This document shows, piece by piece, positions 8,801 through 20,400 of a stretch of 45,604 nucleotides of DNA; within the stretch, counting starts at the first letter, position 1, and each line of letters begins with the position of its first letter. The stretch is from NCBI GenBank assembly GCA_000708835.1, contig DF237561.1:7468-53071 (forward strand), in the 5' to 3' direction. The translations under genes were made by a program, and so were the position numbers. The notes under the pieces were generated by a model that had not been told where the DNA came from, searched no databases, and was given only the letters and a program-made list of their open reading frames with translations. The stretch comes from Klebsormidium nitens. Lineage: Eukaryota > Plantae > Klebsormidiophyceae.

Positions 8801-11800
8801 CGTCAGCGTGACACGTCATCAAACTGATAGAGGGCACGGCGGATCCTTACTGAGAACGCAAGATACCTGCATAAACGTCGAGGTGGATTGCAAACCTGTT
8901 GAGCGGTCTATCTTTGAATCAAATCGGAGATGCAGCAATCAAGTCAGCTCACAAGCAGCTAAACTGCCCATGTTCAGATGTTAGACGCTTGTGTTCCGTT
9001 AAGGATAAGGGCTCCCTCAATTGGTCCAACCGAACCACCTGAAACCAGTATGAATTTGTGCAAAAGAGGACCCACCCGTTTCGCTTCATTCAATCAAAAT
9101 ATGCCGTCAAATGCTATCATTGCGATGAACAGCGTCTCCGTAATCAAGACAGAAACAGGGAGCCAAATGCTTACCGTTTGGACAACAGCGTTCCAAGAAA
9201 GGCAAGAGTTATTCAAGAACCCCACTAGCAATCGCACACGAGGATTTATAAGCAACGAACCGGTTATCGGACGGAAACCCGCACCTGATTAACCGTTGGC
9301 AGGGACGAATGCAGCGGCAGCACCTTAACCCGCTGCGGGTTACCCATAACCGGGTGCCGTTTCAGGGCAGCATCTAAAGTGGAGATCTCATCCCAGCCGG
9401 TCAGGAAAACTAGGACGGCGCCGTTTCTTTGGACCTCCGACTCTTGCGTGCATAGATGCGCGAGCAGCGACTCTAGCAAGCGGTAGTTGAGCGGCCCGTC
9501 GGGGTCCCAGGCGTCCAACGAGCGGCGGACACGTGGCGAAAGGTGGCGGTATTCGGGGTCGTTTTCGACGTCATTAGCCTGCGGCGAAAGGCCAAGAACT
9601 CTAGCATTTGGACCAGCGGTAAGCTTTGACTCTATTCCAGGTGTTGGTTTCGCGCGTGGAGTCTGCGTGAAGATCGACGCAACAATGAAAGAGCTGCTCT
9701 TTTGGATTCAGCGAAGCCTAGAGCGCAAGGTACGGAGATGGTAAATGCGTCAAGGGATGAAATGGCAGTAGTTGAGAAGAACAGCACCAACAGAGTAAAA
9801 GGCAGTCGACTTCTGAAGTCGATTCTGCGGCGTGGTTAGCCTGCGTGAAGGAGTCTTTCAGCGACACTCTCTCGAATACAAACCTCTAGGTCGTATAGAT
9901 GAATGGTGTGCAGATGAAGGGTTTCGCTGCCAATGCGTGCTTGTGAAAGAAGCCCGTAAACAAATCAAGTGCTTGGACCAACTCCAATAAAAGGCAACCC
10001 AAATGCTGCTCGCGTCTACCCGCCGCAGCCGGGTCCTTAGCAGCGTCGCTCGACCAAATTACTCGGTCCCCTCTTCCCGTGATATCGACCTTTGACTGCT
10101 CATCTTTAAGCCTAATTCCCCATCATTAGCAAAGGCGGATCAAATGATCCAATCGGGTCCATAAACACCCGAAGTCCTTCCCTCTTACTCTGCTGGAATT
10201 GTATAGCCTTTCAATCCCCGCTCGACCTTTTCCGTCTCTGTTCCTTCCCTGAAACTCTGGATCAGCCAACCACATTCACGTCGAATCGGGCGTTGCCAAA
10301 ACAGAAGGAAACACCAAGCACTAGAGCGGCGAAAGCACCTACCTCCCAACCCGCTGAGATCGCGTTCTTGGCTGGCCCGCTCGCACCTTTCCTCCGCTCA
10401 TCCTCTCCGTAGATCACGTGCCCCGTCATCTCCAAAACGTCCTCCAGAAATTGCTGCTTCACGGGGTAGGTAAAGCCCGGGATATGGGCCATCGGCGCCC
10501 CCCCGAAATAGTCCGAAAAGAGCTCCGCATTTATCGTCGCAGACATTAGGACGAGTCGCAGATCCGGACGCTTCGGGAGAATGTCGCGCAGAATGACGAT
10601 GAGAAAGTCCTCGTTCATGCCGCGCTCGTGGATCTCGTCGACGATCACGTGGCTCACGCCGGTCAGCATGGGGTCCGCCACCTGGCAGTTCGAGAGGGCG
10701 ACACAAAAAATGAGGCCACGGAACTCAAAACTTGCCTTGAAATGACACCAGGATATAGTTTCTGCTTGGCACTCTGCTCGAATCAACTTCGTTCGCAAAC
10801 GCTCACCAGCACTCGCCGGTGTCGTCGTTGTCGGTTCACCAACGTTCACCAACTGTCTTCTAATATACGTGGCCATAGATCATGAACGAGCAACTTCCAA
10901 GCAGGAAAGACGGGCTCAGTGTCAACTTTCAGAGAATGAGATGTCAATGCAAGCCGCCATCTATTGGAGTCGTCACCAAGTCTGCCTGATATACTGTCCC
11001 CTTATTCTCGGGGCCCACTCCGCTGGGATTGTGTACTGTTTCAGGCACGCGCTAGGCAAACACTGTGCTTAAGCAGTCCTTTCTCGTTTGGCTAATAACA
11101 GGAAGATTCGACTACTGCTTCTAGCTTGGCAAAAGCCCGAGAGGAGGGCCTTAGGCGGTCGCTCCTAGCTTTGGCGAAGAAGCAAGACCGTAGCTTAAGC
11201 AGCCGCTTCTAGAGTGTCAAAAGAACTAGAGCGAGGAGAGGAGGGGCGCACCAGCTTCCGCAGCAGGACGCCGGTGGTACAGAACATGAGCCGCGTGTTG
11301 GACGTCCGTTTGGACTCCAGCCGGACCTGGTACCCAACCTGCGGACGGCAAACGAAAGCACGTTCGATCACGGACCAAACGCTTCCAGGAGACTGAGGCT
11401 TCATTATTCCATCAAGTTGCTCAGGGTAACATGGAGGAACAATGGGGATGAGTGGGTGACCGTTGGAAAGTCCATGAAGATGGCAGGTTATGCGGTGCAT
11501 TTGAAGTTCCGGGCCAAGCAGTTGGACGTCCAATTGAACTACAACCGGACCTGGTACCCGACCTGCGGACAAGAAGGGCCGTCTGCTCTGAGAACAGAAA
11601 GATCCACGTGCCATTGCCAATAATCGGGATCGCAGACCGCTGGATGACACCCCAGAAAATTTCAGATGTAGAGAGTCATCCGCACAGGTTTAGGTCCGAG
11701 AAAAGGTCGACAAGATTTGTTTTTGAGAACGTCGCAAGAGCCTCGCTATAGGTTATGCATCGCGTTTGCAAAGATTCCTCATGAAAGGGCACCATCCAAA

Positions 11801-14800
11801 ATCTGCAAACCATAGTCTGTTTGAGAAGCAGATATGCATTTGCCCATTACATGAACCTCTTTGGCACAGTCCGTTGCTCCTCATTTCTGTCAAACAGCGA
11901 ATCTCAGAAGGACGCCAGGTCGCGCAAGAGCGCTTCTTTTCTGCGCGACTCTGACACAATAGCCGGTCAATCCTATCAAACTGCCTCTCGAGAGTCCGAG
12001 TTCGCCTACGGAGAACCAACAATGGAAAACTGGGGTGCGCCCAGGTAAAACGCCTACGAGGGTACTAACTCGCGCAGACCCACGGGAAAGTGGGTTGCTT
12101 GGCTTACCGTGTCCCCAATCTCCTCCCCTCGCTCTGCCGCAACTCGCGATGCTACCGAGATGGCGGAGATTCGACGCGGCTGCGTACAGATAATGTTTAC
12201 ATCTGCCCCGCGGCCCGCCTCAATCTCGGACTCGAGCACGAACTGCGGGAGTTGCGTAGTTTTTCCGCAGCCGGTCTCACCGGAAACGACCTGCAAAGGG
12301 AAGACGGGTGTCAGCACATAAACATAGCTTTCAAATGAGCCGCTAGGGACAGGCAAGTCTTTGGAGCTGAAAGACCTTTGATTCACTCAACGAGTTACGG
12401 CTCGCTTATGTTGCTTAAGGAACAAGCATGTTGCATGACAAAGGAGTACTGCACTTGTGGTGCCTAAGAGTTACATTCTCCACAAAAGCCTTCATTTCGT
12501 CTGCCCTTATATCAATGTTTTGTCTGCTTCCTCATCTTCCGAGCTTTCATCTCGTTTCCTTCATTTCGTTTCGCTTCGCCCGGGCACTTGCTCCCGCAAC
12601 TTTCCTAAGAGGCTCAGGCAGCAATCTCACGATGCTAGTACCAATAGAGGAAAGGAGACCTCAAGACCGGAACACCGTTCCTCGTCCTTCAAGCCGGGAT
12701 CGCCAGCGGACCGAAACTCACCATGACCTGATTTCTTGCAATTGCGTCCAGCAGCTCCTCCCTTCTCTGGTAAGCCGGCAACCGCGCCCGCAGACTCAGC
12801 ATAGCCTGGACCTTCTCAGTAGCCTGGAGCAACGTCAATCATATAAGATCAGCCAAAGTATATAAGAGCGAGTTAAACGTAGATAGTCCCGATTCTCGTG
12901 TTGAGTATCGGAAAGAGGCAATGACACATGTCGAAGAGATTCGCGGAAGGTTTCACGAAGGGTCTTCCACGGTTTGCTTTCAGAAGTACTTTCGACAGCA
13001 ACTGAGGACGAAGGGGTAAAATGGCTGTATATGCACCCAAGCTTTGACTTTGCATAGCCTCGAAACAGGGTGTCCCCTGACCGGTGCAGGTTTGGAACCA
13101 TAGTTGCCAGAAGCTCAAAAAAGAAACGAAGCGGGGTAAAAGTGGTGCTACCATTCGCTTTGCTGGCAGCAACGAACCCTGCTTTTGCTTTCTATCATAG
13201 AACTAATGCTCTGGCCAATCGATCTTTCACGAGCCCCGGAGCCTGAAGAGCGAAGCCTTCAAACCCCAAAAAGCCTGACCCGCAAACCGAGGACTACAAA
13301 ACGATTGGACGCCTCACACTCGAAATCCTAAACCTCAAACCCCGAACCCGAAACCCAAAGTCCAGAACCGGAACCCAGAACCCGAGACCCGGGACCCAGG
13401 ACCGTGAACCCTGAACCCTGAACCCTCAACCCAACTCAATCCGCACCTGCTGTCGAAGCTGCCGTTCCTGTAGCCTCGCGCTCAACCGCGCCTTTCGCTG
13501 CGGATCCCGATCCTTTCTCTTCACAAACGCCGCGTAATCAAACTTTTGGGGGCCGGACGTGGAAGCCTCCGCCTCGCTGTCGCTGATGTCATTCTCCCCG
13601 TCGCTGACGTCATCGTCTTCGGTGCCTGAGTCACTCTGAGAGGCAGCGAGCGCCTCCAGGTGCATCTGGACGCGTTGTTGGACGTCATGGGGCAAGTTAA
13701 CCTGCAGTCAGGTTAAGAGATAACTTTGCAAAGTGAACCCGTCTTGTGCGGAGATGGGGGGTAGAAAAGTGCCTTCGAAGGCTTTCCTTTTGAGGCTGTG
13801 AAGGAAGTTGTCAAGCGAAATAAAAGGGGGTCGATGCGGAGAAAAGCCTCGTACAAAAGAAGAGTATCAAATGCAGACGAGGTGATTAAGGGTGTAATCT
13901 GAGAGCTGGAGCTGAGTTCACCAACGCGGGACAGTCAATCGGAAATTAAAAGCAGAGGGTACCGCTTGAGTTCAGCGATGCTCTACGTAAACTCTTATGT
14001 CCCGACAAAGCCCCGGGACATTTGAATTGTGCAGCTCGACGGCCAACTTTTATTACATGCCTGGATGCTTTGCCTTTGAAAGCAACTCGCAGACGGGACA
14101 ATTGCCGCAGACTGGGCGTTCGTTCAGATTTAAGAGCGTGCCTTGGTCTAATCAATCTTGTAAGAGAGATAAGCCATCCCCAGCCGCTTGCTCATTGAAG
14201 CGCCCATTCCAGGATTGAAGTCTCTCTCCGGAATCCGGAGTAAAATTCTAGACCGAAAAGGCACGGTCACCAATTCGAGATGGTCGCAGCTCGTGAGAGA
14301 AATGAAGCCGAGGGACGTACAGAGAGGAAAGCAAACCACGACAGGATTCCATGCGAAGAGCACCAACGCACACAAAACAAACAAACGATCGGACTGGGAG
14401 GTGCGCTCGAGAGAACCGTCAAAGCTGTTTGAAAAAAAGCGAGAAAAGACAGGGGGTGTTCGACGGCAAAGCCAGACATGTTCAGTGGAAAGAAAATATC
14501 GACTTACGTCCGACTTGCGCTGTCCGTACTTTGGGTCGCAGTCTGCCCTGTAGTTTGGCAGCGGCACTTTGCTGACCACCAGGATCTTCCGCTTCTTGTC
14601 GCCGTATGCTTGGCTGCAACAGACGCAATGAGAAACGCGTTTTTCACAACAAAGTGCGTACTTTTCACCACGTTTCAGCTTTTCGTAGAACCAGATCACG
14701 TTCAAGACCCGCTTTTGCATTCTCTGCAGTCAAAGTGACCTCGAACACTTACGTTTGAAACGTTTCGGAGAAGCCGCGTTCAGGAACTATGACTCACAAG

Positions 14801-16568
14801 TAAAGCGCCTTGTTTGTGGATTTGAGCCTCAGGGTCAGCACGTGATTTCCGACGTTAGGAACTTCTTCCGCTGTTCCGTGAGCATGCAAGCAACCTCTTG
14901 TCATGACGCTTTGGGCACCTACTTACAAGGAAAGCCCCTTGGCTTCCGGCCAGCTCTTTGAGCTGATCAGCGCGGGTTCCGCTGAAACTGTCTTTGAAGT
15001 TGACGGCAAAAGGCAACAATCTGCAATCCTACAACCTGCCTGCCTTTTGTGTCCATCAGAAACATAGGAAGCCACTAGGTTAAGGGGCTAACCCCAGGAC
15101 TTACAAGTAGAGCCCCTTGCTCTCCGCCAGCTCTTTCAACTGATCAGCCCCAGCTTCATTGAGACCGTCCCGCATGATGATCTCTTGCTCCCCAGCAGTC
15201 GACAGCAGCACCCTCAACCGGCGGTCCCACCAGACCGGGTTATAGATGGCTTTCAGTCTCTGCAGATGAAAGTAAGCAATGGTTTCTTGACATTCCTGTA
15301 AATGACGATAGCCTCAAAGTCCACTCTTTCTTGAATGGTTGAAAGAGTGGAGGAACGCAGAGACGGCCCTTTCTGTTCGTGTCTATCAAGTGTCCCTTTA
15401 GGAAGAGCCCGCAGCTCTTACAACCTACATTTTTCTCTATTTAACCACTGAGACTTCCTCAGAGCTTTCTGCATATCTGACGGACAAAGGATGTGCCATA
15501 CTAATCTCGGAACCCCATGCTGCACACAGATAGCCCCAGCATTGACATTCACAGAACCAATTCATTGTACTGGGGCACCGGGAGCAATTACGCAACTTTA
15601 GATGAAATCCAACTGTACCACCGCCCTCGTATGATTTAAGGGCATCTATTGTTACACAGCACCGCCGATTCATGTTGTGCACAGCTTTGTGGACTCTCAA
15701 TTTTATACACCGATTCGTAAACAACTCAACTCTGGAATCCTGAGCTGACTAGAATCTTACAAACAGAAAAAGTTGAAGCCCTGAGCTGATCAGAAATTTA
15801 CGTATACCGTAAATCTGATGCAGAACTACTCATTGTACCAGCTTGATGCTACTTCAGAGGGACCCGATTTTCAGACCTGCTTCAATTGTCCTGCTTCGAT
15901 TGTGTCAAATTATCGTCAGGCACTTCATAAGCACGTGCCGAAACCAATTCTTATTGAGCCCTGACCTCTGCTTCCGCGATGCCGCTACCCGCCCCCCCAC
16001 CTCCCCTTTTGCTCGTCCTCCGTTGCCTCCTTTTTGCTGCCTTGCTGATCCCCCCCCCACCACCGCTGACATCAGCACCTTTACCATTGACTGGCAATAG
16101 GGGGCCTCCTTTGGGCCTACTGCTTGCCCCACCGTGCAGAACTTGTGTGCTTGGCCCCCCTCCTCCGGAGGACTGCTTTTTCCTTCTCCTAATTGCTGAA
16201 ATCTTCGGCGGCGTGCTTTTTAGGGTTTGCTTCCGGCCTTCCCGTCCGGCTAGCAAGGGACTTCTAGAGAAACCACGACCTCCGCCAAACCAAGGCTGTA
16301 ACATCGGTGTCAAGAATGAAGACGAGAGGGCCGCTCCGCTGACATTGGAAGGGAGATGGATGCAGCATTTCTCATATCTCTGCGGAAATCTGCCGAATGC
16401 CCTGATGCCGAATGGTGGAAGACATGAGGAGCGGGCAGAGAAGATTGATAGAGACAGCCTGCTCGCTGACAAAGCCGGTGCTGTCGAACTTAAGCACTGG
16501 CTTAGCAGCCCGGCCATTGTTGATACAAGCTTTGGTGCGCGAGCGGTGCTCAGAAGAGACCACGACAT
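2866..16568 (-). CDS. DHX36: DEAH/DExH-box ATP-dependent RNA helicase, DHX36 / plant DExH1-like, about 1447 aa, 16 exons
   Basis: Hand-built exons in transcript order: 15966-16568, 15105-15259, 14508-14613, 13447-13701, 12722-12823, 12108-12290, 11252-11338, 10343-10681, 9285-9578, 8666-8779, 7830-7997, 6994-7180, 6133-6294, 5540-5679, 4856-5062, 2866-4107. All introns are GT-AG; total 4344 nt, in frame. Motifs: [21 protein letters not shown] (I), TQPRRISA (Ia), DEIHER (II), MSAT (III), VFLTGW (IV), [15 protein letters not shown] (V), QRKGRAGR (VI), HA2 (ALQPP...RDPFVLP), SDHIALL, VHPASVN. The symbol denotes the family; exact orthology was not tested. The exon-1 donor is the least certain junction. 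Confidence 0.93.
3483..3664 (-). repeat. Coding 42-bp tandem repeat (14 aa, GVNRRV(V/R)GESDAA(Y/F)) x4 plus a partial unit, in the helicase last exon
   Basis: Visible in the translation [61 protein letters not shown], and as repeated AAGCTGCGTCACTCTCCCC on the plus strand. Confidence 0.9.
6344..6487 (+). mobile_element. Fold-back element (TAGTAAG-type arms, decayed) inside a helicase intron
   Basis: Closely similar to the reverse complement of 30346-30520. Arms AATAAGCCGAGATGACACTAAG / CTTATTGTTATCTTGGCCTATT. Inner IR CACTG/CAGTG. Core GGTTAGGGTT...GCTGCGGAGCAGGT...GGGTTAGGGTTTT. Confidence 0.75.
7181..7600 (-). repeat. Intronic tandem array (3 units, spacing 117-142 bp), each unit carrying a copy of the helicase exon-12 acceptor and 5' end
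   Basis: GGGTGCGCAGCAA(C/G)TC recurs at about 7160 (true exon), 7277, 7418 and 7558. Shared block GAAAGCTCT...GCTAGACGTAA...GAGCA. Confidence 0.85.
13321..13432 (-). repeat. Degenerate telomere-like heptamer array ((G/A)AACCC(T/G))n at the 5' end of helicase intron 4
   Basis: About 15 imperfect 6-7 nt units, e.g. GAACCCTGAACCCTGAACCCTCAACCC. G-rich on the transcribed strand. Confidence 0.75.
14927..15020 (-). pseudogene. Degenerate duplicate of the 3' half of helicase exon 2, with intact AG and GTAAGT sites (94-nt cryptic exon)
   Basis: Reads ...[22 protein letters not shown] versus true ...[22 protein letters not shown]. One extra nt relative to the true exon end. Flanked by TTGCAG and GTAAGT. 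Confidence 0.7.
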
Positions 16569-17417
16569 GCAGAAAAGTGAAAGGGTCAGCAGTAGTCCCT
16601 CAGGTGGTTACACCACCCGGCATCATGCAGCGGCTCTTCCGGGCATATTCTGCGGCATCGCCTTCCCTCCTCGCGAGCTCTTGAAGTGCAAATTTTCGAG
16701 GTTGGAAGACCTCGCGAATCAGAGCCGCACATGCAGGACAGAGTAACAAAATTAGCACGGGGGGCAGGGCCGGGGGAGAAGGAGAGCTGGGGGCGACACC
16801 CCCTGCAAGCTCAGTGGAAGCAATTTACACCGAATCAACGCAGCATTACCAAGCAGTCCCTTCCACCGTTGTCGGAACCGTTTTACCGTCAGTCGCCAGT
16901 TTTGCTCCTGTCCCCGATCGTCCTTTTCAACGTGACGGCAACCGCGCACTGTGCCGGCTTTTGAGCTGATCAATGTTTGGTGTCTGTGTGAAAACCAATT
17001 GAATCCAGGCCTTGAGGCATGAGAAGTAAAATTACTATTATAATTTATCGACTCAGAGCGCTATTAGTTGCCTTGGTCAGGCCAAGGACCAAGGTCCAGG
17101 AACTGTGGCAACTTTTGATTTCAACTTTGCAAGCACCAATTTGCGCTTTGTCCTCCTTTCTTTCGTTCTTTCGTTCTTCCGTCCAATCACTCAACATTAC
17201 ACTTCCAAGCACTCCCAGCGCTGTGCTACCGTAGGAGTTCCAAGATCTATTTAGAAGCCCGCTCTATGCCAATTGGCTGTGTGCCGCAGGTCTATCTTAC
17301 AGGTCACGAGTCGCTCAATTTTTCTCTTGTCCGAGCAAAGCCAAGCGCCCGCCAGAGGTAGTTTATTGACTGCCATACCTTTCTCTTTCGCCAAGGATGC
17401 TGAGTGGATCAAAAGGC
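16569..17417. promoter_or_regulatory. Putative bidirectional promoter / 5' UTRs between the helicase and NSRP1
   Basis: 849 bp between two divergent start codons (16568 minus, 17418 plus). Positional inference only; no motif verified. Confidence 0.5.
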
Positions 17418-20400
17418 ATGAAGTACGGGCTCCAGCTGCCAGCAGGCAAAAAGAGGGCAGCTGATGTCAGAACGGCGAAGCCAAAAGCTGTCTCGCTCAA
17501 GAAGCCCGCAATTTTTGCAGAGGAGAGCGATGAAGAGGACGTGGAAGCAGAGATTGCGCGGCAGGCCGCCAAGAAGAGGAGCGACAAAGAGGTACTTTTT
17601 AAAGCCCTTTCTTCTCGTGCTCTGTTGATGGAGAGCTAGCGGAACGGATTGCAAGCACTGGGGGGGTCAGGAGTGCCTGATCTCCGCACCAAGCATGGTG
17701 AATGCTGTTCCTCGGTGGTTTTCAGCCATGCTATTCACAAGTGTCCAAGCTCGCTTCTGCATATATTGAGAAGTCTCCCTTCTAAAACAAGCCTTCGTGG
17801 CTTTGTGTGGGTGACCTTAGTTCTCACTTGATCGCACAAAATGTATTCCAAGATTCGAGCCGTCTTGTACTTGTCTGCGATCTTGCAGACTCTCCCAAGT
17901 AGATGCAAGGAGAACCACCCCACTTCACAAGCCTGAATCTTGGCAAAACCATTGGGAAACTAGCCTTTAACCCGCCATTGTCCCACTCCCTTTCAGCTGG
18001 AGCAGCAGCATGCGGCGGCCTTGAAAGAAGACCCCAACGTGTTCGATTACGATGGGGTATACGACCAAATGAAAGAAGCGCAAGCAAGGCCCACTGAGCA
18101 GCAGCAGGCGCAGCGCCAGGTAAGCACTGTCTTTGCACTTTGTCCGATGATACGAAGGGCTGTCGTCAGAAGCAATGGGAAGTTTGGAAGCTTCTCGCCG
18201 TCGGAAGCGAGCGACTGGAGAAACGCGTTTGAACATTTTAACGAAGTGGATGAAAGGAGAAAGCGGACCCCCGGCGAGCTTACAAGGACCCCCCTCGGCT
18301 ATAGCCATTTCAATCAAAGGTTACGAAAGGTTTGTTAGTTATCTTGGCCATCGAAATCACGAATTCGTGTTCATAAGGGCTCGCAAAGGTTGACTGGGAC
18401 TCCATGTCTTACCTTCCGTCCGTTCTGACAGGAAGGGTGAGTAATGATTGTTGATTGACGGCCCATGCGAAGATTTGTTGAACTTTGTTCAAGGGGGCAG
18501 CGTTGCCCTCACAGTTGTCCAATAGCACACAAAACGGGGATTCGAAATGAGTCTTGTTCAGAGGAGAGTGCACTCTCGTTGTAGATTGTCTTTTGACACT
18601 GCCCAATGTCTGGACCATGGGACAGTGCTTGAAGGTCTTTGAACCTTGCCAGCCGTGCTTCCATCACATGTCCCGTTTGCTTTTCTTCTCTTGTTTTGGT
18701 TTTTTATCTCTACATGATGCAGTCCCTTGCAAATGTGGGTCAGTCCAAAGAGTTTAACGTCCCAGCAGTTGGTGCATGAAAGAAGTTTTAGATGAACTAT
18801 CACAATCTCTCTCCTCTTCTTCCATTTTTGCAGCCGCAGTACATTAAGGCGTTGCTGAAGAAATTCATCGCTTTTCTGAATACTGCAGCCCCGGTAGATC
18901 GGTGCGTTGCTGAAGAAAGCGGAGAAGCTGACTCTTCCCTTTTCCTCGGATCTTGCAGCCTAGGTATATTGAGGCGTTGCTCAAGAAAGCAAAAGAGCGG
19001 GAGCGGACGCAAGAGATGGTCATGGAGCGCAAGATCCAAAAGGAGCAGGCGGCCGAGGCGCATCTGTACGGTGACAAGGAGAAGTTCGTGACGGGCGCGT
19101 ACAAGCGCAAGCTGGCGGAGGACGCCAAGTGGCGCGAGGAGGAGCGCCGGCGGGAGGAAGTAGAGGCTGCGCATGATGTGAGCTTGCGCGTTGATATGTG
19201 TTGTTTCTGTTTCCTTTGTTTGCTTCTGACTGTCTCTTAGGGCGCCATGATTGATCAGGTGCTATATTCCAGTTGAGTAGGAATGTTGCTTGAGGCGGCC
19301 TGCAAGCCTGCGGGGTTGCACGTCGTTCTTCTTCCCTTTTTATTGTTCTTGTTCTGCGATTCACCGGCATCATTGGCCAGAAAATTCTGTATTCTGGTCA
19401 GTGAGCAGCTGGGCGGCCGACAGAATACGGTGTCCGACATTGGCAAGCAGGTTGTGCTCCTTTGGTTGTTTTTCCTTGTCCTTTCTTCTTCGCTCTAGTC
19501 TTTAGTCGATTCCTTCTGGATTCCGGGAATAAAGGCGAAGCGCCGGGTGAGGGAAACTAACGGCGGCCAACGGTGTCGACTTTCGGAGGGTCACCTCGTT
19601 CCTCTTTTCCTTTTCTCTTTTTAGTCTAGCAGGTTTTTTTTGGCTTCTTTTCTGTGCGCATGATCAGTCAAGATACGTTCCTGGACTCGTGGTGATTGAG
19701 TTTACAGGCGTAGAACGAAGATGCAGCCAATATTGTGAGCTCGCGCCATGATTGGCCCAATTTTAATACATTCTTCGTTTGATTTCGCGGTTCTTTGGAT
19801 TCTTTCATCGAAACGTTTCGGTCCTGCACCGGAGAAACGAGTGTTGGTCGGAAGGTTAGGTGGTCATAACGTCGTGTGTTGTTTGGATTGATCGGCTCTG
19901 CTCCCTTACCCTTTCTCCTTTTTCCCAAGAGAACGTGAGAAGGCGGAGAGGAGTAGCGGAAGACCTTCTTTCTTGCTCCATCAAAGTCGTAGATCGGTTT
20001 TGAATTTCAGTGGGAAGTTCGACGCTGTGATATGAGCTTGTGTAGTGGTTCCGGTTGTCCTCTCTTCTGCACGTTTGGACTCCTGAAACGAAGTAGATTC
20101 TTGCCGCTGGCGAGAAGCATATTTTGCAAGCTTACTACCTAGTTCGTTTACTGGAAGGCGCGAAATCCGAGGGAGCGGATGAATCTCTCCGCTGTGGCCG
20201 TGAGGCTTTCCGTGCCACTCCGCGTGTGTTGTGAACTAGAATGGCAAACATCAGCGGTTCTTTCTTTGTGTTTTCCGGGTCCTTGTCTCAGCCGGTATGT
20301 ACCCTCGACTGTTGTCGCACTCAGAGGTCTCGACGAGGAGGGTGTGCGAAACTGAATGTGCAGGAGGGCTGTTTTCGTGATATCGAACAATGTCCGATCC

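Noticed and set aside
9800-10100. Possible further echoes: CGCAG|GCTAA at 9840 (of exon start 9578) and a faint copy of the exon-8 3' end at about 10020-10090
   Set aside because: Similarity is only about 10 nt or patchy; cannot be told from chance without an alignment statistic.
13321-13432. Telomere-like repeats as a chromosome end or fusion point
   Set aside because: Short, highly degenerate and inside an intron of an intact gene; the TTAGGG motifs elsewhere belong to dispersed elements.
15979-16746. 255-aa plus-strand ORF
   Set aside because: Antisense shadow of GC-rich helicase exon 1; no recognisable motif or splice support.
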